Assembly (NCBI RefSeq): GCF_006345805.1
Contig: NC_043009.1
Location: 24,118,001 to 24,182,000, forward strand
Origin: Octopus sinensis
Lineage: Eukaryota
DNA length: 64,000 nt
Direction of reading: 5' to 3'
In this document: in pieces, positions 40,873 through 55,489 of the stretch
Layout: each line of letters begins with the position of its first letter
Numbering within the stretch: position 1 is the stretch's first letter
Translations under genes and position numbers: made by a program
Notes under the pieces: model-generated
Database searches by the model: none
What the model was told of the DNA's origin: nothing
Seen by the model: the letters and a program-made list of their open reading frames with translations, nothing else

Positions 40873-41279
40873 TATATAAATAAATGAAAAAAGTACAAAA
40901 CAAAAGAAAAACAAAAACATTTCTGTTATTGAATCGATGTATTTCACCTACAGTATACTCCGTCTGGTTATGTAACAATTTTATAGTCATTTTCGGGTAA
41001 AACCACCAAGAGAAGAGTACAAGGCCAGCATTTTCGGTGGGAGGAGCCTGGTCGATTACAATCGATCCGGGTTGTCAAATTTTGCTTAGTTTATTAAAAC
41101 CGAAATGTTGTATGGCATAATTTAAATTGGAGCGTAAAGGCAGACGACCTGCTGCTAAGCATTTTGTGCGGCTAATGATTATGCCAGATGGCTGCCTTTC
41201 TATGCACATGCATAAAATCCTACGTACACAAGCACATTCACAAAGACAAACTGTCACCAGACCACACACCTTCACATGC

Positions 41280-41356
<77 letters not shown>

Positions 41357-42337
41357 TCAACATAGGCACTAACAAACTAACACATCCGCGCATATATATA
41401 TACATTACATGTATTTCTGCGCGTATCCGTATATATATGTAGATATATATTTATACACTTGTCTATAAATCCTTGAAAATGTTTCAGCCCGAAAGCTGCG
41501 GCCATGCTGGGGCACCACCGTTGATATATATTTACATACACTCTCTCACGCACACACGCATACACATATGCACGTATGCACGTATGCACGTATGCACACA
41601 CACGCATAAACATCCACCCACGCACATATACGCACACATAAAAGATTGTAAAAATTTTAATGTACGACGCTAATCTTCAAATATAGAAACGTCATTCTAG
41701 AGTCACCTCCCTTACATTAGAAATTACGTTGTCGTGATTCGGTCTTGAATATATTTCTCAATCACTAGAAAATGTTTACTTAAAATTGATAATGCTCTCG
41801 TTTTCAAGTACGTAAACCCTAAGCAAACTAACTACATATAAATCCATATATGAGAGACTAAAGACATTCTTCTCGAATGAATTACTGTTAAAGGACGGAG
41901 TATGTATGTATGTATGTATGTATGTATGTTTATTTTGATTTCTCGTATTGTATTTTCTTTTTATTTCTCGTTTTGTATTTTCTTGTACATGTATTTTTAT
42001 CTTGTATTTTATTGTGCAGTTTTATTGATACGTCCTGTTTGTGTTACATTTTTTCTTGCTTGTTTTTTACCCCTCTGCGAGGTAATTTTATTTTGATTCT
42101 CTCGCAGGAAGGCCTCGTTTTGACGAGTCGTGCCCTGTCTTGCCTTCGAAACACGCTTGAGTCTAACTAGCGACAGCTGATGATTGGGGATTTTTCCTTG
42201 TGTAGTATGTTCTGTACTTTGTTTTTCTATTGTAAAAAAATGTTTTTCCCGTTTTCGTTTCTCGTCCAGTTCCACGTCTCCGTTTTCGTTTCTCGTTGAG
42301 TTCTACGTCTAGTTGTAGTATCCTGCACTCACATATA

Positions 42338-43626
42338 CGAGGGGCGTTCAATAAGTAATGCCCCTGACCCACTTCCCATAGCAGTAGAGCAACGAAACTT
42401 GGCACAGTTATTAGTCTTTTTTTACATAGGAACCACCCAGAGTTACGCATTTCTCCCATCGTTTCATGCGGCTCTGGAGACCGTTTTTGTAGAAGAACCC
42501 AGCTTGGTCCGCCAACCTCAACGTGACTTCAGAAATCAAGGCTGCATCATCTGGGAAAACGCTTTCCTTTCAAAAACAACTTCATGATTGGGAAGAGATG
42601 AAAATCAGAGGGTGCAAGGTCAGGAAAGTAGGGGGATGGGGAGGAGTTCATAGCCATACGCCTCTGCTTCTGATCTGGCGACAAGCGAGTTGTGGACCGG
42701 AGCGTTGTCCTGCAGGAGGAGGATGCCTTTGCTGATCTTGCCCCGCCTCTCTTGATTTTGATAACTTCTCTTAATTTCCTCAAAAGTGAAGTATAATAGG
42801 CTCCTGCAATTGTGGTACCCTTTGCCAGGAAATCTGTCATCACTACTCCGTCCTGGTCCCAGAAGACTGTGAGCATGACCTTGCCAGCGGAGGGCTGCAC
42901 CCTTGCCTTCTTGGAGGGGATGAGTCACGGTGCTTCCACTGCATGACTGGGCTTTGGTCTCTGGATCATCGTGATGGACCCATATTTCATCCTGTGTAAT
43001 CAATCTTTTGAAAAATTTTGACTCATCTTCTTGGCACATCTCCAAATTCACCCTCGAGCACTCGACGCGTTTGCTTCTGGAAAGGCGTGAGCAACCTGGG
43101 AATCCATCTGGCAGACACCTTTTGCATATGCAAATGGTCATGAATGATAGTTTCCACAGACCCGGTACTAATCTTGACCTCATGGACTATTTGGCGAATA
43201 ATTATGCGTCGATCTTCCAAAATGGCAGCCTCAACTTGACGGACAGATGCCTCATCAATGGCAGAAGGGGGCGACCAGATCTGGGAACTGTTTCCACAGA
43301 GTTCCGACCATGTTTGAATTCACGATGCCGGAGTTTTACAAGGTAATATGATGGGGCATCATCACCATAAGTTACTTTCATTTCATCAAAAGTCTCCCGT
43401 GGTGTGCGTCCTTTCAAATACAAAAACCGGATCACTGCTCGACACTCAACAGGCTCCATTTCACACTTGACTCGGTTTACACACCTGTAAATCAGAAACC
43501 ACAATTAATTCAGAGCTGTAATTTGCCACTTACTCTATAGAGATATAAATGATTGTACATGCAAACATTCAGCTAGATCAAACAACTGCAAGTGGGTCAG
43601 AGGCATTACTTATTGAACGTTCCTCG
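42338..43626 (-). mobile_element. Full-length mariner (DD34D) element, 1289 bp, sister of 23225-24515, more frameshifts
   Basis: Same TIRs and TA flanks; nearly identical translated fragments in ORFs 43202-43504, 43023-43220, 42620-43183 and 42547-42900. Confidence 0.95.
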
Positions 43627-43712
43627 TATATATTTATATATGCATGTATATATACATGTAGATGTAGGTGCGTACATATATGTTTGTATATATGCATATA
43701 TTTTATTTATTA

Positions 43713-43779
<67 letters not shown>

Positions 43780-43785
43780 GTATAT

Positions 43786-43859
<74 letters not shown>

Positions 43860-44917
43860 TATATATATATCTATATATATATATATATACACGACGTGCT
43901 TCATTCAGTTTTCGCCTACCAAATCTATTCAGAAGCCTTGGTCGGTCCGGGGTTATAGTAGAAGACACTTGCCCAAGGTAGGGTTGAAACCGGAACGCGA
44001 AACTTTGAAGCCAGTGTCAATAATATTTAGTTCAAGAAAACTAAATTCGTACTCTAAAATACCATAGAGGAACCCATCAGATTAATATAGAATTGTTTTT
44101 CTTATGATGGCGTATAAAAAGGCGGCGGGCTAGCAGAATCGTTAGCACGCCGGGCGAAATATTTAGTGGTATTTCGTTTGCCGCTACGTTCTGAGTTCAA
44201 ATTCCGCCGAGGTCGACTTTGCCTTTCATCCTTCCGGGGTCGATTAAATAGAGTACCAGTTACGGTCCTTGTTTGCCCTCTCTGTTTTTAGCCCTTTGTG
44301 GGTAGTAAAGAAATAGGTATTTCGCCTGTCGCGACGCTCGAAATTAAAATTCCGCGGTGAAATACTGGGGTGATGTAATCGACTACTCACCACCCGAATA
44401 TATATATATATGTATATATATATATGTATATATATATTGATAGAGAAAGCGGAGAAAGTAAAGAAAGGGGAAAAAGAAGAAAAACGTGCTGATGAAGAGA
44501 GGTTTTACTTGATGCATAGGCGTAGGAGTGGCTGTGTGGTAAGTAGCTTGTTTACGAACTACATTGTTCCGGGTTTAGTCTCACTGTGTGGCTCCTTGGG
44601 CAAGTGTCTTCTACTATAGCTATTTCTTTACTGCCCACAAGGGGCTAAACACAGAAGGGACAAACAAGGACAGACATAGGTATTAAGTCGATTACATTGA
44701 CCCAGTGCGTTACTGGTACTTAATTTATCGACCCCGAAAGGATGAAAGGCAAAGTGGACCTCGGCGGAATTTGAACCCAGAACGTAACGGCAGACGAAAT
44801 ACGGCTACGCATTTCGCCCGGTATGCTAACGGTTCTGCCAGCTCGTAGCCTCGGGCCGACCAAAGCCATGTGAGTGGATTTGGTAGAAGGAAACTGAAAG
44901 AAGCCTGTCATATATAT

Positions 44918-44960
<43 letters not shown>

Positions 44961-45471
44961 TATGGTGTGGTGTGTGTGTGTGTGTGTGTGTGCGTGTGTG
45001 TCTGTGTGTGTGTCTATGTTTGTGTGTCTGTGTTTGTACCCCCAAACATCGCTTGACAACCGACGCTTGTGTGCTTACGTCCCCGTAACTTAGCTGTTCA
45101 GCAAAAGTGACCGATAGAATAAGTATTAGGCTTACAAAGAATAAACTCTGGCTTCGATTTGCTCGATTAAAGACGGTGCTCCTGCATGTCCACAGTCAAA
45201 TGACTGAACAAGTAAAAGAGTAATAAAGCTGCTTATATAACACAACATAGTCGGTCAAGATACATAATTCTGGAAGTATATTCTTGAGTTACTTCCCTTG
45301 AAAAATTTTATCGTTTATTAATTCTTAAATTCCGTATCATTCTTCATTGCAAGAAATTTGCATATCCATTCATACCTCTTTCTAATAAATGTCTTTTATC
45401 TTTTATTTGTTTCAGTCATTACTACAGCGACCATATATATATATATGTATATATATAGAGAGAGAGCAATT

Positions 45472-45829
45472 AGAAAATGGAGGTGGTTCATCTACATTTA
45501 GACATAATATTGTCAACTTATTTATTTATTAAAATGACAATTACAAGAATATACATACATGTATAACATATTATGCTTTACATATAAAAATATATTAATA
45601 TATAAAGAAACCAGTAATTATTTAAATATAATATTCCTTTATATTCCTGTATGTTATATTTTAATACTTACTTGTATCTTTATATATTAATATATTTTAT
45701 ATGTAAAGCATACTATGTTATACATGTATGTATATTCTTGCAATTGTCATTTTAGTAAATAAATAGACAATTTGACATAATATAATGGCTAAAAGTTGAT
45801 GAAGCACCTATTGATTCCCTCCATTTTCT
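45472..45829. repeat. Foldback (MITE-like) element; arms 45472-45608 and 45677-45829
   Basis: Arms are reverse complements; inner about 85 nt near-perfect, outer part with indels. Confidence 0.75.
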
Positions 45830-46081
45830 TATGGCTTTATAAATTAATGGTAAAATATTTCTTTGCCTTCACCCATTTAATACACTAGGTATTGTAATTG
45901 CAATGCAATAAAAAACACTTGTCTATTAATAATTGGGTGTTCTACTAGCAGTATATTGGATAGATATTATCCCTTACTTGGTTGGATTCACAACCTCTAA
46001 CTTCTTGGAATATATATATATATATATATATATAACAATTATATATATTATATATATTATATAAGATATATATATATATAA

Positions 46082-46134
<53 letters not shown>

Positions 46135-46228
46135 TATAAATATATATATATGTATACATGTATATATGTATATATGTATATATAGTAGATAAGTATATAT
46201 ATGTATATATATATATATATCTATAATA

Positions 46229-47145
46229 TATGTTACATTTACTCATAGTCAAGATAAAACTCTGAGTTTCAGATGCCGAAGTGGAAATCCACAACACCAT
46301 CTCTTCGGTTATCTGGCCATCTGAAAAACGCTATGAAAAAATACCGTTATATAAAGGGAAATTACTGTGTTATAATTCTGCTCGCGACCCACGTGCGTAC
46401 TTATACGTCACTATGAAAACTTACACATCTTCACTCGCATTTTTCGCCAAATATATACGCATATATATACAAACTCATACACACGCACATGCGTACCGTA
46501 ATAGTTCATACATACGTCTATATAAGCACAAGTAGAAGCACAAGAAAAACCATGGTTAAAGGTAACAGAAAAAACATAAGGAAGTATACAAAGCATAAAA
46601 ACCACGTTCAAATATGGATATGCCCCTATGCACTCATACACACACACGCCCATATGTAGATACCCGCACATATTTATATACGCATACATATACACGCATA
46701 TACGAAAAATGAATATACATATGTCCCCCCCCCAAAAAAAAAATGGAAAAATACTAAGTAAAAACGTCTATATATATATGTGCATTCTTATGCCCGCACA
46801 CACGCACACATCTAAAACTGCCCACTCATACATATTCACACACGTGTACAAATGAATCTATATACACATCTATATAGGCACAGGAAAAAATGCAGGATAG
46901 AAAAGTACAGAAAAATATATATGAAATAATGAAAGATATAATGAGATAAAAAACTTTTTGGGACATAATATAGAAAGCAAGTTCTATCTGTTTTCTTTAG
47001 GGGACCAAAAACGTAACAAAAATTTAGAGTTTTATCTTGACTATTGAGTAAATGTAACATACTATTTTATAGATAAATTTCCTCTATTTACATAATATTG
47101 AGGTCTCTTTCTTTCTTTTGTTATCTTACCGTTTTTGCCAATATA
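46229..47145. mobile_element. Penelope-like non-coding remnant bounded by a 35-bp inverted repeat (46229-46263 / 47026-47061)
   Basis: tatgttacatttactca(a)tagtcaagataaaactct occurs in both orientations; the tail block also occurs at 11360-11440. Confidence 0.5.
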
Positions 47146-48185
47146 TATATATATATATATGTGTGTGTATATAAGTATATATATGTATATACACTACCGT
47201 CAGAAATTAATTAGCACCCTTGATTTGCTCTTCACTCAAGGTATGTGCTGTCACCTAGTGGCCATATCTCGAACTATTGCTTTGTTGCGAGTTCACTGTT
47301 GCGCAGAACGATGACGTAACTTTGTTTGCAGAGCAGTTTGAGAGTCTACAGCCTTATGATGTTGACATAGCAGTGCAACAACAACTTGGAGTGCAGATGC
47401 AGACAAATCTTCCTTTGTATATATATATATGCAATATATACTGATATATATATATATATATCAGAAATATATTATGCTCTCTAATTACGCGGTTGCACAA
47501 AAGCAACTCACAGTAGAGATATTTGCAATTTATAAGATTTCCTCACGAGACAACTACGATTTCAGTCGGGATGTATACTTCCAGATACAACAGCGTATCA
47601 CCAGAAGGTACCATAGAGTCACTTGAACAACATCTGGAAAGATAGCAAGAATATAATGATTATTATCTTTTATGGCCGGTAACAATTTGGCACGGCTGAC
47701 TGCACATTCATCCTGTTTTGGAGATAGCACCTTTTGGCACTGGAAGCAAACACACTCACGAGCGCAAACCATATACATGTACAGAAACAATGAAAGAGAG
47801 AGTGAAAAAGCGGTAGATAGATGGATAGATAGATAGATAAATAGAGAGAGGGGGGAATAAAGAGGCATTACGCATACTTAAATGCATACTTAATCTGGCA
47901 CTTAGCCGGTTACGGCGACGAAGGTTCTGGTCAATCCGATCGACGGAGTAAGTTGCTCGTAAAGTTAGTGGTTGAGTAATCTACAGGCATGCGCACTCAT
48001 AACGTTGTTCTCAGGGAGATTCAGCGTGATACAGAATGTGATAAGGTTGGCTCTTTTGAATACAGATACTACTCATTTTTGCCAAAGACACAACACATCG
48101 AATACCCTAACCGTTAAGCCACGCACCATGACATACACACATCTATAACTAGATTGTAACACATATAAGCAGAAAGAAAGTGAGT

Positions 48186-48263
<78 letters not shown>

Positions 48264-48749
48264 CGGAGGAGACAACGAGAGCAACGTTAAAACGTCTGAT
48301 GTTAAATAAGTCAAAGTCGAAACAGCGATGGCAAAAGTCGGCGCCTAAATGGCTGTGCCACCTCGTCTCGTAATCCTGAAACTTATAACATGTTTCTGTC
48401 AACAAACTCTGTTGTGACTAGTAAATTTTAAATCTTAATTTCAATTTCATTTCTATTCTGTAATGTATGGAGATAAATTATTTAGCAGCCACCTTTTTCT
48501 TAAGAAAGTTTTTTTCCCTCTCTTGGACTAGCATTGCCAAATATGGTATACTTTCCAGTAATTAATGAGTGAGGTCAACATTTCATCTCATTTAAGACCA
48601 TTCCTTACATCCTCCGCAACCGTGAAGGTAAAATGAAATCATACCTGTTGAATAATTGCTTGCTAATCAAGAGATATGAAGTCATTCGTACCGGGTTGTC
48701 GCTTAAATTGGAAAAGTGAACAATAGACATGCCTGCCTGACTGCCTGAC

Positions 48750-49828
48750 TGCATGTATGTATGTATGTATGTATGTATGTATGTATGTATGTATGTATGT
48801 ATGTATGCATGTATGTATGTATGATGTATGTATGTATGTATGTAGTATGTATGTATGTATGTGCATGTATGTATGTATGTATGTATGTATGGTATGTATG
48901 TATGTATGTGTATGCATGCATGTATGTATGTATGTATGCATGTGTTGTATGTTGTATGCATGCATGTATGTATGAGTGTGTGTATGTATGTTATGTATGA
49001 TGCATGCATGCATGTATGTATGTATATATGTATGTATGTATGTATGTATGTAGTATGTATGTATGTATGCATGCGTATGCACGTGCGCACGTCACACACA
49101 CACATGTATATATAGGTATGTATATATATATATATATAATATATTATATATATATATGTATATTTACAAAGAAAGGGAGAAAGTGGGATTGAGAGAGAGA
49201 ATGGTTACATGAATGTACTTATATATATATATATATATATATATACTTATATACTAATGTATATATATATATATATTATAAGTATATATATATATATATA
49301 ATGTGTGTGTGTATATATATACATATATGTATATATATGTATATTCTATAATATATATATATAGATATATATATACACTCACCACACCACACACACATAT
49401 ATATATATTAACATGCGTACATACATACATATATATTCTATCTTCCTTATATATATATATATGCACATGGAGAGAAAGGGGGAGAGAAAAGAGAGAAGGG
49501 GGTAGAAGAGAAGGAGAGAGAGAAAGAATCTTGAAAGCAGAGTGGGTGTAATTAGATGAGGAAGTCGAAGTATGAAGAATGTGGAAGAGGAGAGGGTAGC
49601 TGAAGATAGGAACTGGAAGAGGAGGCCAATCTGACTGATTAAATTAAGGCTTTCATCTCAGTGAAACTATCCCCTTCTAGCCAACTATTTAGATTAAGGG
49701 CCGGAGGGTTTTATTTGCATCTTCTGTCTTCAATTCTATCTACTTAATACTTTCTTTCTTATTGTTCTCTTTCTTTGCACCACCACCTCTCACTTTGTCT
49801 CTCTGTCTCTTCACACCATCACACACGC

Positions 49829-49911
<83 letters not shown>

Positions 49912-50161
49912 CACTCTCACTCTCTCTCTCCTCTCTCTCTCTCCTCTATCTTTCTGTCTCTCCCTCTGTCGGCCTGCCTGGATGTCTATCTATGTATCTA
50001 TTTATGTATGTATGCATGTATGTATGTATGTATGTATGTATGTATGTATGTATGTATGTATGTATGTATGTATGTATGTATGTATGTATGCATGCATGTA
50101 TTATGTATGTATGTATTATCATCTGTCTATCTATCCATCCATCTATCTATCTATCTATCTA

Positions 50162-50227
<66 letters not shown>

Positions 50228-50286
50228 AATCTATCTATTTACATATATACGTACATGCATGCATACAAACATACATAAATACGCAC

Positions 50287-50317
<31 letters not shown>

Positions 50318-50520
50318 CATACATACATACATACATACATACATACATACATACATACATACATACATACACAGATATTTCTGTATGCACGTTTCTGCCG
50401 TTCTGCATGCATTTCTCTAGTTCTTTCTATCCTCTTCAACACACTGTCTCCTTTTCCCTTCTCTATCCTTGTCTCTGACTGTTTATCCATGTAATCTGTC
50501 TTCTCTGATCTCTCTCTGTG

Positions 50521-50554
<34 letters not shown>

Positions 50555-51016
50555 TTCTCTGCTGCAGGTCTTTCTCATTTTCATTTTAACATCACACTTT
50601 TTTCTGCTCGCTCCTCTACTTTCTACACCAATTGCCTCATTCGCCATATGCCTTACTCAACTATTAATCTCTCTATCGGTCCATCTCCCTCTGTCTCTCT
50701 CTCTGTCTCTGTCTTTGTCTCTCTGTTTCTCGGATATCTGTAAATCTCGCTTTACCACTAACACCGCTCATCTGGCTTCCCTCTCTTCAGCTCTCTTACT
50801 GTCTCTCTACCTCCTTCAACTGTTTCTCCTATTCAATCCAACGGCCTCTCTCTTTCTTTCTCTGTATCTCTCATCTTTATTCACATCTCCCCACCATATT
50901 TCTCTCTTCCTACTTATATGAAACCATATCTCTCTTTATATCCTCATATCTCTTTGCCTTTCTCTTCCACTCTCTTTCGCACTCTCTCTCTCTTACACAA
51001 CGTCTCTCTCTCACTC

Positions 51017-51067
<51 letters not shown>

Positions 51068-51800
51068 CTTTCTGTCTGTCTCTGCTATTCCGTCTTTGTC
51101 TTTCCCATCAATCCGTCATTATGTCTCACCTTCATACTTTTATCTAACCCCTCTCTCCGTCTGAAATACCCTACCACTATCACTGCCATCACCACCAGCA
51201 CCAGCATCAGCAGCATCAGCAGCAGCAGCAGTAGCAGTAGCAACAGCAGCAGCAGTAGCAGCAGCACCACCAACCACCACCACCGCCACAACCAGCACTA
51301 CCAATACTACCATCAATACCAACACCAGCACCAGCACCACCAGCACCAGCACCAGCACCAGCACCACCAACACCACCAGCACCACCTGCACACTACCACC
51401 ACGACTGCTGGCACCAGCAGCAGCAGCAGCACCGCCACTACCATCACCATCAGTCTTAAGCAAATGTTCCAAAAGCTTCCTCCTGAGTATTGTTCCGTTA
51501 AACAAAAGACATTCAACCCAAGATTGTAACTGACAACACCTGACATAGCTTTCAGCTGTAGTGAACATCACCGCCACCATCACCATCATCGCCATCACTA
51601 CCATGATTAGAGACACAGCTACCATCGCATACCGCCGCCAATACCACCATCACTGCCACTGTCACAACCCTCTCCCCCACCAATACCACCGTTGCTCTAT
51701 CATCGCCACTACGACCATCACCACTGTAATGTTTACCGACGCAACTACCACTAGATAATATCACTATCAATACCGTCACCATAACCACTACCATCACCAC
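48750..51800. repeat. Compound microsatellite and low-complexity block: (TATG)n, (TA)n, (TCTA)n, (TC)n, (CAG/CAC)n
   Basis: Directly visible simple repeats; they produce spurious ORFs. Confidence 0.9.
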
Positions 51801-52115
51801 TATTGACACAGCCATTACTTTTACAACTGTTAAAAAAAGAGAGAATAGAGATGATAAAGAGAAAATAGGTACAAAGTTGACAAATATATATATATATATA
51901 TATATATGTCAACCTTATCCCTATTTTCTCCATGATAGATGTTTATTTCTGTGTTCCTTTCTGTCGAAGAGCGTAGGTTCGAAACGTAAAGAACTTTCTC
52001 ACTTCCCGAACGTTAAACTAATGAATCTGCTTATTGTTTACACACCCGTCTTCGTCTTTTGTCTGTTTGTTAATTCTCACCACACATACACACACACACA
52101 CCACACACACACACA

Positions 52116-52190
<75 letters not shown>

Positions 52191-52328
52191 ATTTTCTGCC
52201 TAAAAGAAATAGATCTGCAAATGCAATATACCTACATACCTCACATCTATTTTCTTTTATTTTCTCCACCTCACTCTCTATTTTATATCTTATCTAAATT
52301 AACTATTTCTTAACCATCCTCTCACACC

Positions 52329-52376
52329 CTCTCCGATGAAGGGATATAATAAATATCCTGGAAACAGCTGCAAGAC
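52329..52376 (+). ncRNA. Decayed hammerhead motif, family 2 type (another remnant ends GAAACAGCTGTA at 27769-27780)
   Basis: CTCT-CCGATGA-AGGGATAT AATAA ATATCCTG-GAAA-C AGCT G-CA-AGAC; palindromic loop 3; three substitutions from canonical. Confidence 0.45.
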
Positions 52377-52445
52377 CTTCTATCTATAAATGTTCTAAAA
52401 TCTACACAGCCTTGGTTTTTTTTTTATCTCATTACAAAAAAATGT

Positions 52446-52497
<52 letters not shown>

Positions 52498-53799
52498 TGT
52501 GTGTGTATGTGTGTGTGTGTGTGTGTGCGTGTGTGTGTTTGTGTTTGCGCTTATGTGTTTGCACGCTTGCTGATGGAACATTTATTCACTACATTTCTGC
52601 GTTGGCATTGTCTATCCAAAGAGCAATGATCTCGTTATCTACAATTACATAGGCTATGATTTAGATCAGGTAATGAAAAAAACACTTATTATTTTTATCA
52701 ATGTCATCGCAGTAGAATGCAGGATTCGTAGTGTAAGTATTATAATTTAGACGTCTCTCACACTCTTATATCTATTTCTTTTATATTTTCCCTAATCATT
52801 TTCTTCTTTCTCCTCTATCAATACTTTTTTGTTGTCTCTCTGATCGTCAAGATTTGCTTAGAAGCTACTCCAGACATGCCTATCCAAGTTGATTTATAAC
52901 AGCCTATACTATGATACGTAGCTTTAATAATGTTTTGCTTCATCGAACAGACCACTGTCTGAATATACAGATGAATTAACGAATGAACTTCTAAAATGAT
53001 CTTATGAAATCATGTGCTAAAACAGTCGTTTTATCTTTACCATTTCTATTATTTGCATGGCCAGCAGAAACTTCTTATAAAAAACACGAACACATCCTAC
53101 GAAATCGTCTGTATCAATACATAAGTCAATTCATCAAAATTATTCTCGTATTAATTTATTCATCAAGGTTATAGGAAAATGACTATAGGTCTTCATTTTA
53201 TTAACAATATTTTATAATCATTGTTACAAAACCGTTATTCATATTGTCTTCCAGGCTGTTAAATGATTTATAGGTCACGCGTTGTTGAAACAGCTGTAAC
53301 GTTGCTTGTTATTTTTATACCCAGCGCGGAAATGGAACTTCATAGAATTTCAGGATGTATTAAACAAATTCGTCTACAGAAGTATTGTCCCTTTCTGTAC
53401 ATTCTGTTAGCCAGTATTCACGGAGTATACAGAGAGATAATCACCTGAATTATTGGAGTCCCTTTCATTTGCTACATACACATAATCGTAGACTTTTAAA
53501 AGCTATCTCTACAGATTCTCAATAGAAACTAGAGCCAGCTCTAAAAAATTATGACCTTTCATATACGAAACGTTGTAACTTTCGGTGCCGGCTCTAATTT
53601 CTATAGAAAAACTGTAAAGGTAACTTTAAAAAGTGTTTGGATCACACTGCTAAAATGGTAGGTCGAATTATTGACTTATAAAACCTTTAATATGCTTGGT
53701 AGTATATTCTGGTACATAACGAAATACGGTGAACCCATTAGCAGTTAACACATTCATACATACAGATATCTGAATGATGATTATCTGTCTATCTATCTA

Positions 53800-53830
<31 letters not shown>

Positions 53831-53854
53831 CACTCTTTCTGTCTGTCTGTCTGT

Positions 53855-53913
<59 letters not shown>

Positions 53914-55186
53914 ATCTATCTATCTATATATCTATCTCTCTATCTCTCTATAAATACATATGGCTGTGTGGTAAGTAGCTTGCTAACCAACCACATGGTT
54001 CCGGGTTCTGTCCCACTGTGTGGCATCTTGGGCAAGTGTCTTCTGCTATAGCTCCGGGCCGACCAATGCCTTGTGAGTGGATTTGGTAGACGGAAACTGA
54101 AAGAAGCCTGTCGTATATATGTATATATATATATATGTATGTGTGTGTGTTTGTGTGTCTGTGTTTGACCCCTAGCATTGCTTGACAACCGATGCTGGTG
54201 TATTTATGTCCCCGTTACTTAGCGGTTCGGCAAAAGAGACCGATAGAATAAGTACTGGGCTTACAAAAGAATAAGTCCCGGGGTCGAGTTGCTCGATTAA
54301 AGGCGGTGCTCCAGCATGGCCGCAGTCAAATGACTGAAACAAATAAAAGAATAAAAGAAAGAAAGAATATATGCATGTATGTATGTATGTATGTACATAA
54401 GTATGCATGTATATAAACAGAAAACGTCATCAAAATTACAACTAATCAAAACTTGATCCTTTACCGTAAAAACATATATATACTAACAGATTTGAACCTG
54501 TAACATTTCGAACTCTAACAACATTAGAAGGTGAAGGGACCCGTGCACTTCGATTGAAATTGAGAAAAGAACTAAACATACAACGACAGAAATTGTAAAA
54601 AAAGAAATTTCTTTCTCTCTATCTTTTTCTCTTTCTACCCACATTTTTTCATAAAATCTCAATATGACTGAACTATCAATAATGTACATTTGTTATGATT
54701 TTCATCGAATACTTACACTTATAATACTATCTGTCCCTGTGGAACTTCCTGAAATTTCTGTGAATATTTGTAAAGATGATCGTTTAAACATGTTTTTCCG
54801 AATTTCACTTTGTAATTTTAAGCTTTCTAAAAGCCTTAATTTATTTATTGATTTTCACCATTGATAAGGAAAATCTTGTCGAAACGGATTGGTATTTGAA
54901 CAAATCTATGACAAAATTTATAAAACGACTACATGCCTTGAGATTTAGGTGCATTTTGGAACCCCAAAGCAAATTCTCCTATATATATTTAGGAAAGAAA
55001 AATATGTAAAAACGCACAGGAGGTTTGTGTAGTAAAATGTATGCTAATATTAAGATCATAATGAAACAAGGAATTGTATTTATTACATTAGATAATAAAC
55101 TGGGAAACCGGTTTCGCGTCTTACGCTTATCAAACTTCCAAGGCTTTAGATTTCAACCATTTTTGGCTATAATCTAAGACTTTATG

Positions 55187-55229
<43 letters not shown>

Positions 55230-55236
55230 CATAATA

Positions 55237-55296
<60 letters not shown>

Positions 55297-55391
55297 CCGT
55301 GACTGTGACCGACCAGGCTATCGCTGGTCATAATGCGCTTCTCATTGTTTTAGCCTTCAAATGACGCCACCCGCTGGGTAAGCGAGCAGGC

Positions 55392-55425
<34 letters not shown>

Positions 55426-55489
55426 TATAGAAGGAGCTTCTACAGGACTAGAACTGTTTCATTCAAGAGAAATCTTCAGGATTATATAT

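Noticed and set aside
42110-42160. TTGACGA...GAAAC hammerhead-like string
   Set aside because: Stem II does not pair and there is no valid stem III or NUH triplet.
46272-46535. Phase-1 exon candidate DAEVEIHNTISS... as a continuation of gene C
   Set aside because: It lies inside the inverted-repeat-bounded Penelope-like remnant, has a weak acceptor and shows no family motif.
52713-52732. 20-nt micro-exon (cgcag ... gtaagt)
   Set aside because: It is not frame-symmetric with any neighbour, and the upstream intron would be only 43 nt.
54483-54830. Minus-strand signal-like (ISVVVCLVLFSISIEVHG), FN3-like (PSPSNVVRVRNVT) and 41-nt exon candidates
   Set aside because: They are in conflicting frames with no consistent exon chain, and are explainable by chance in AT-rich DNA.
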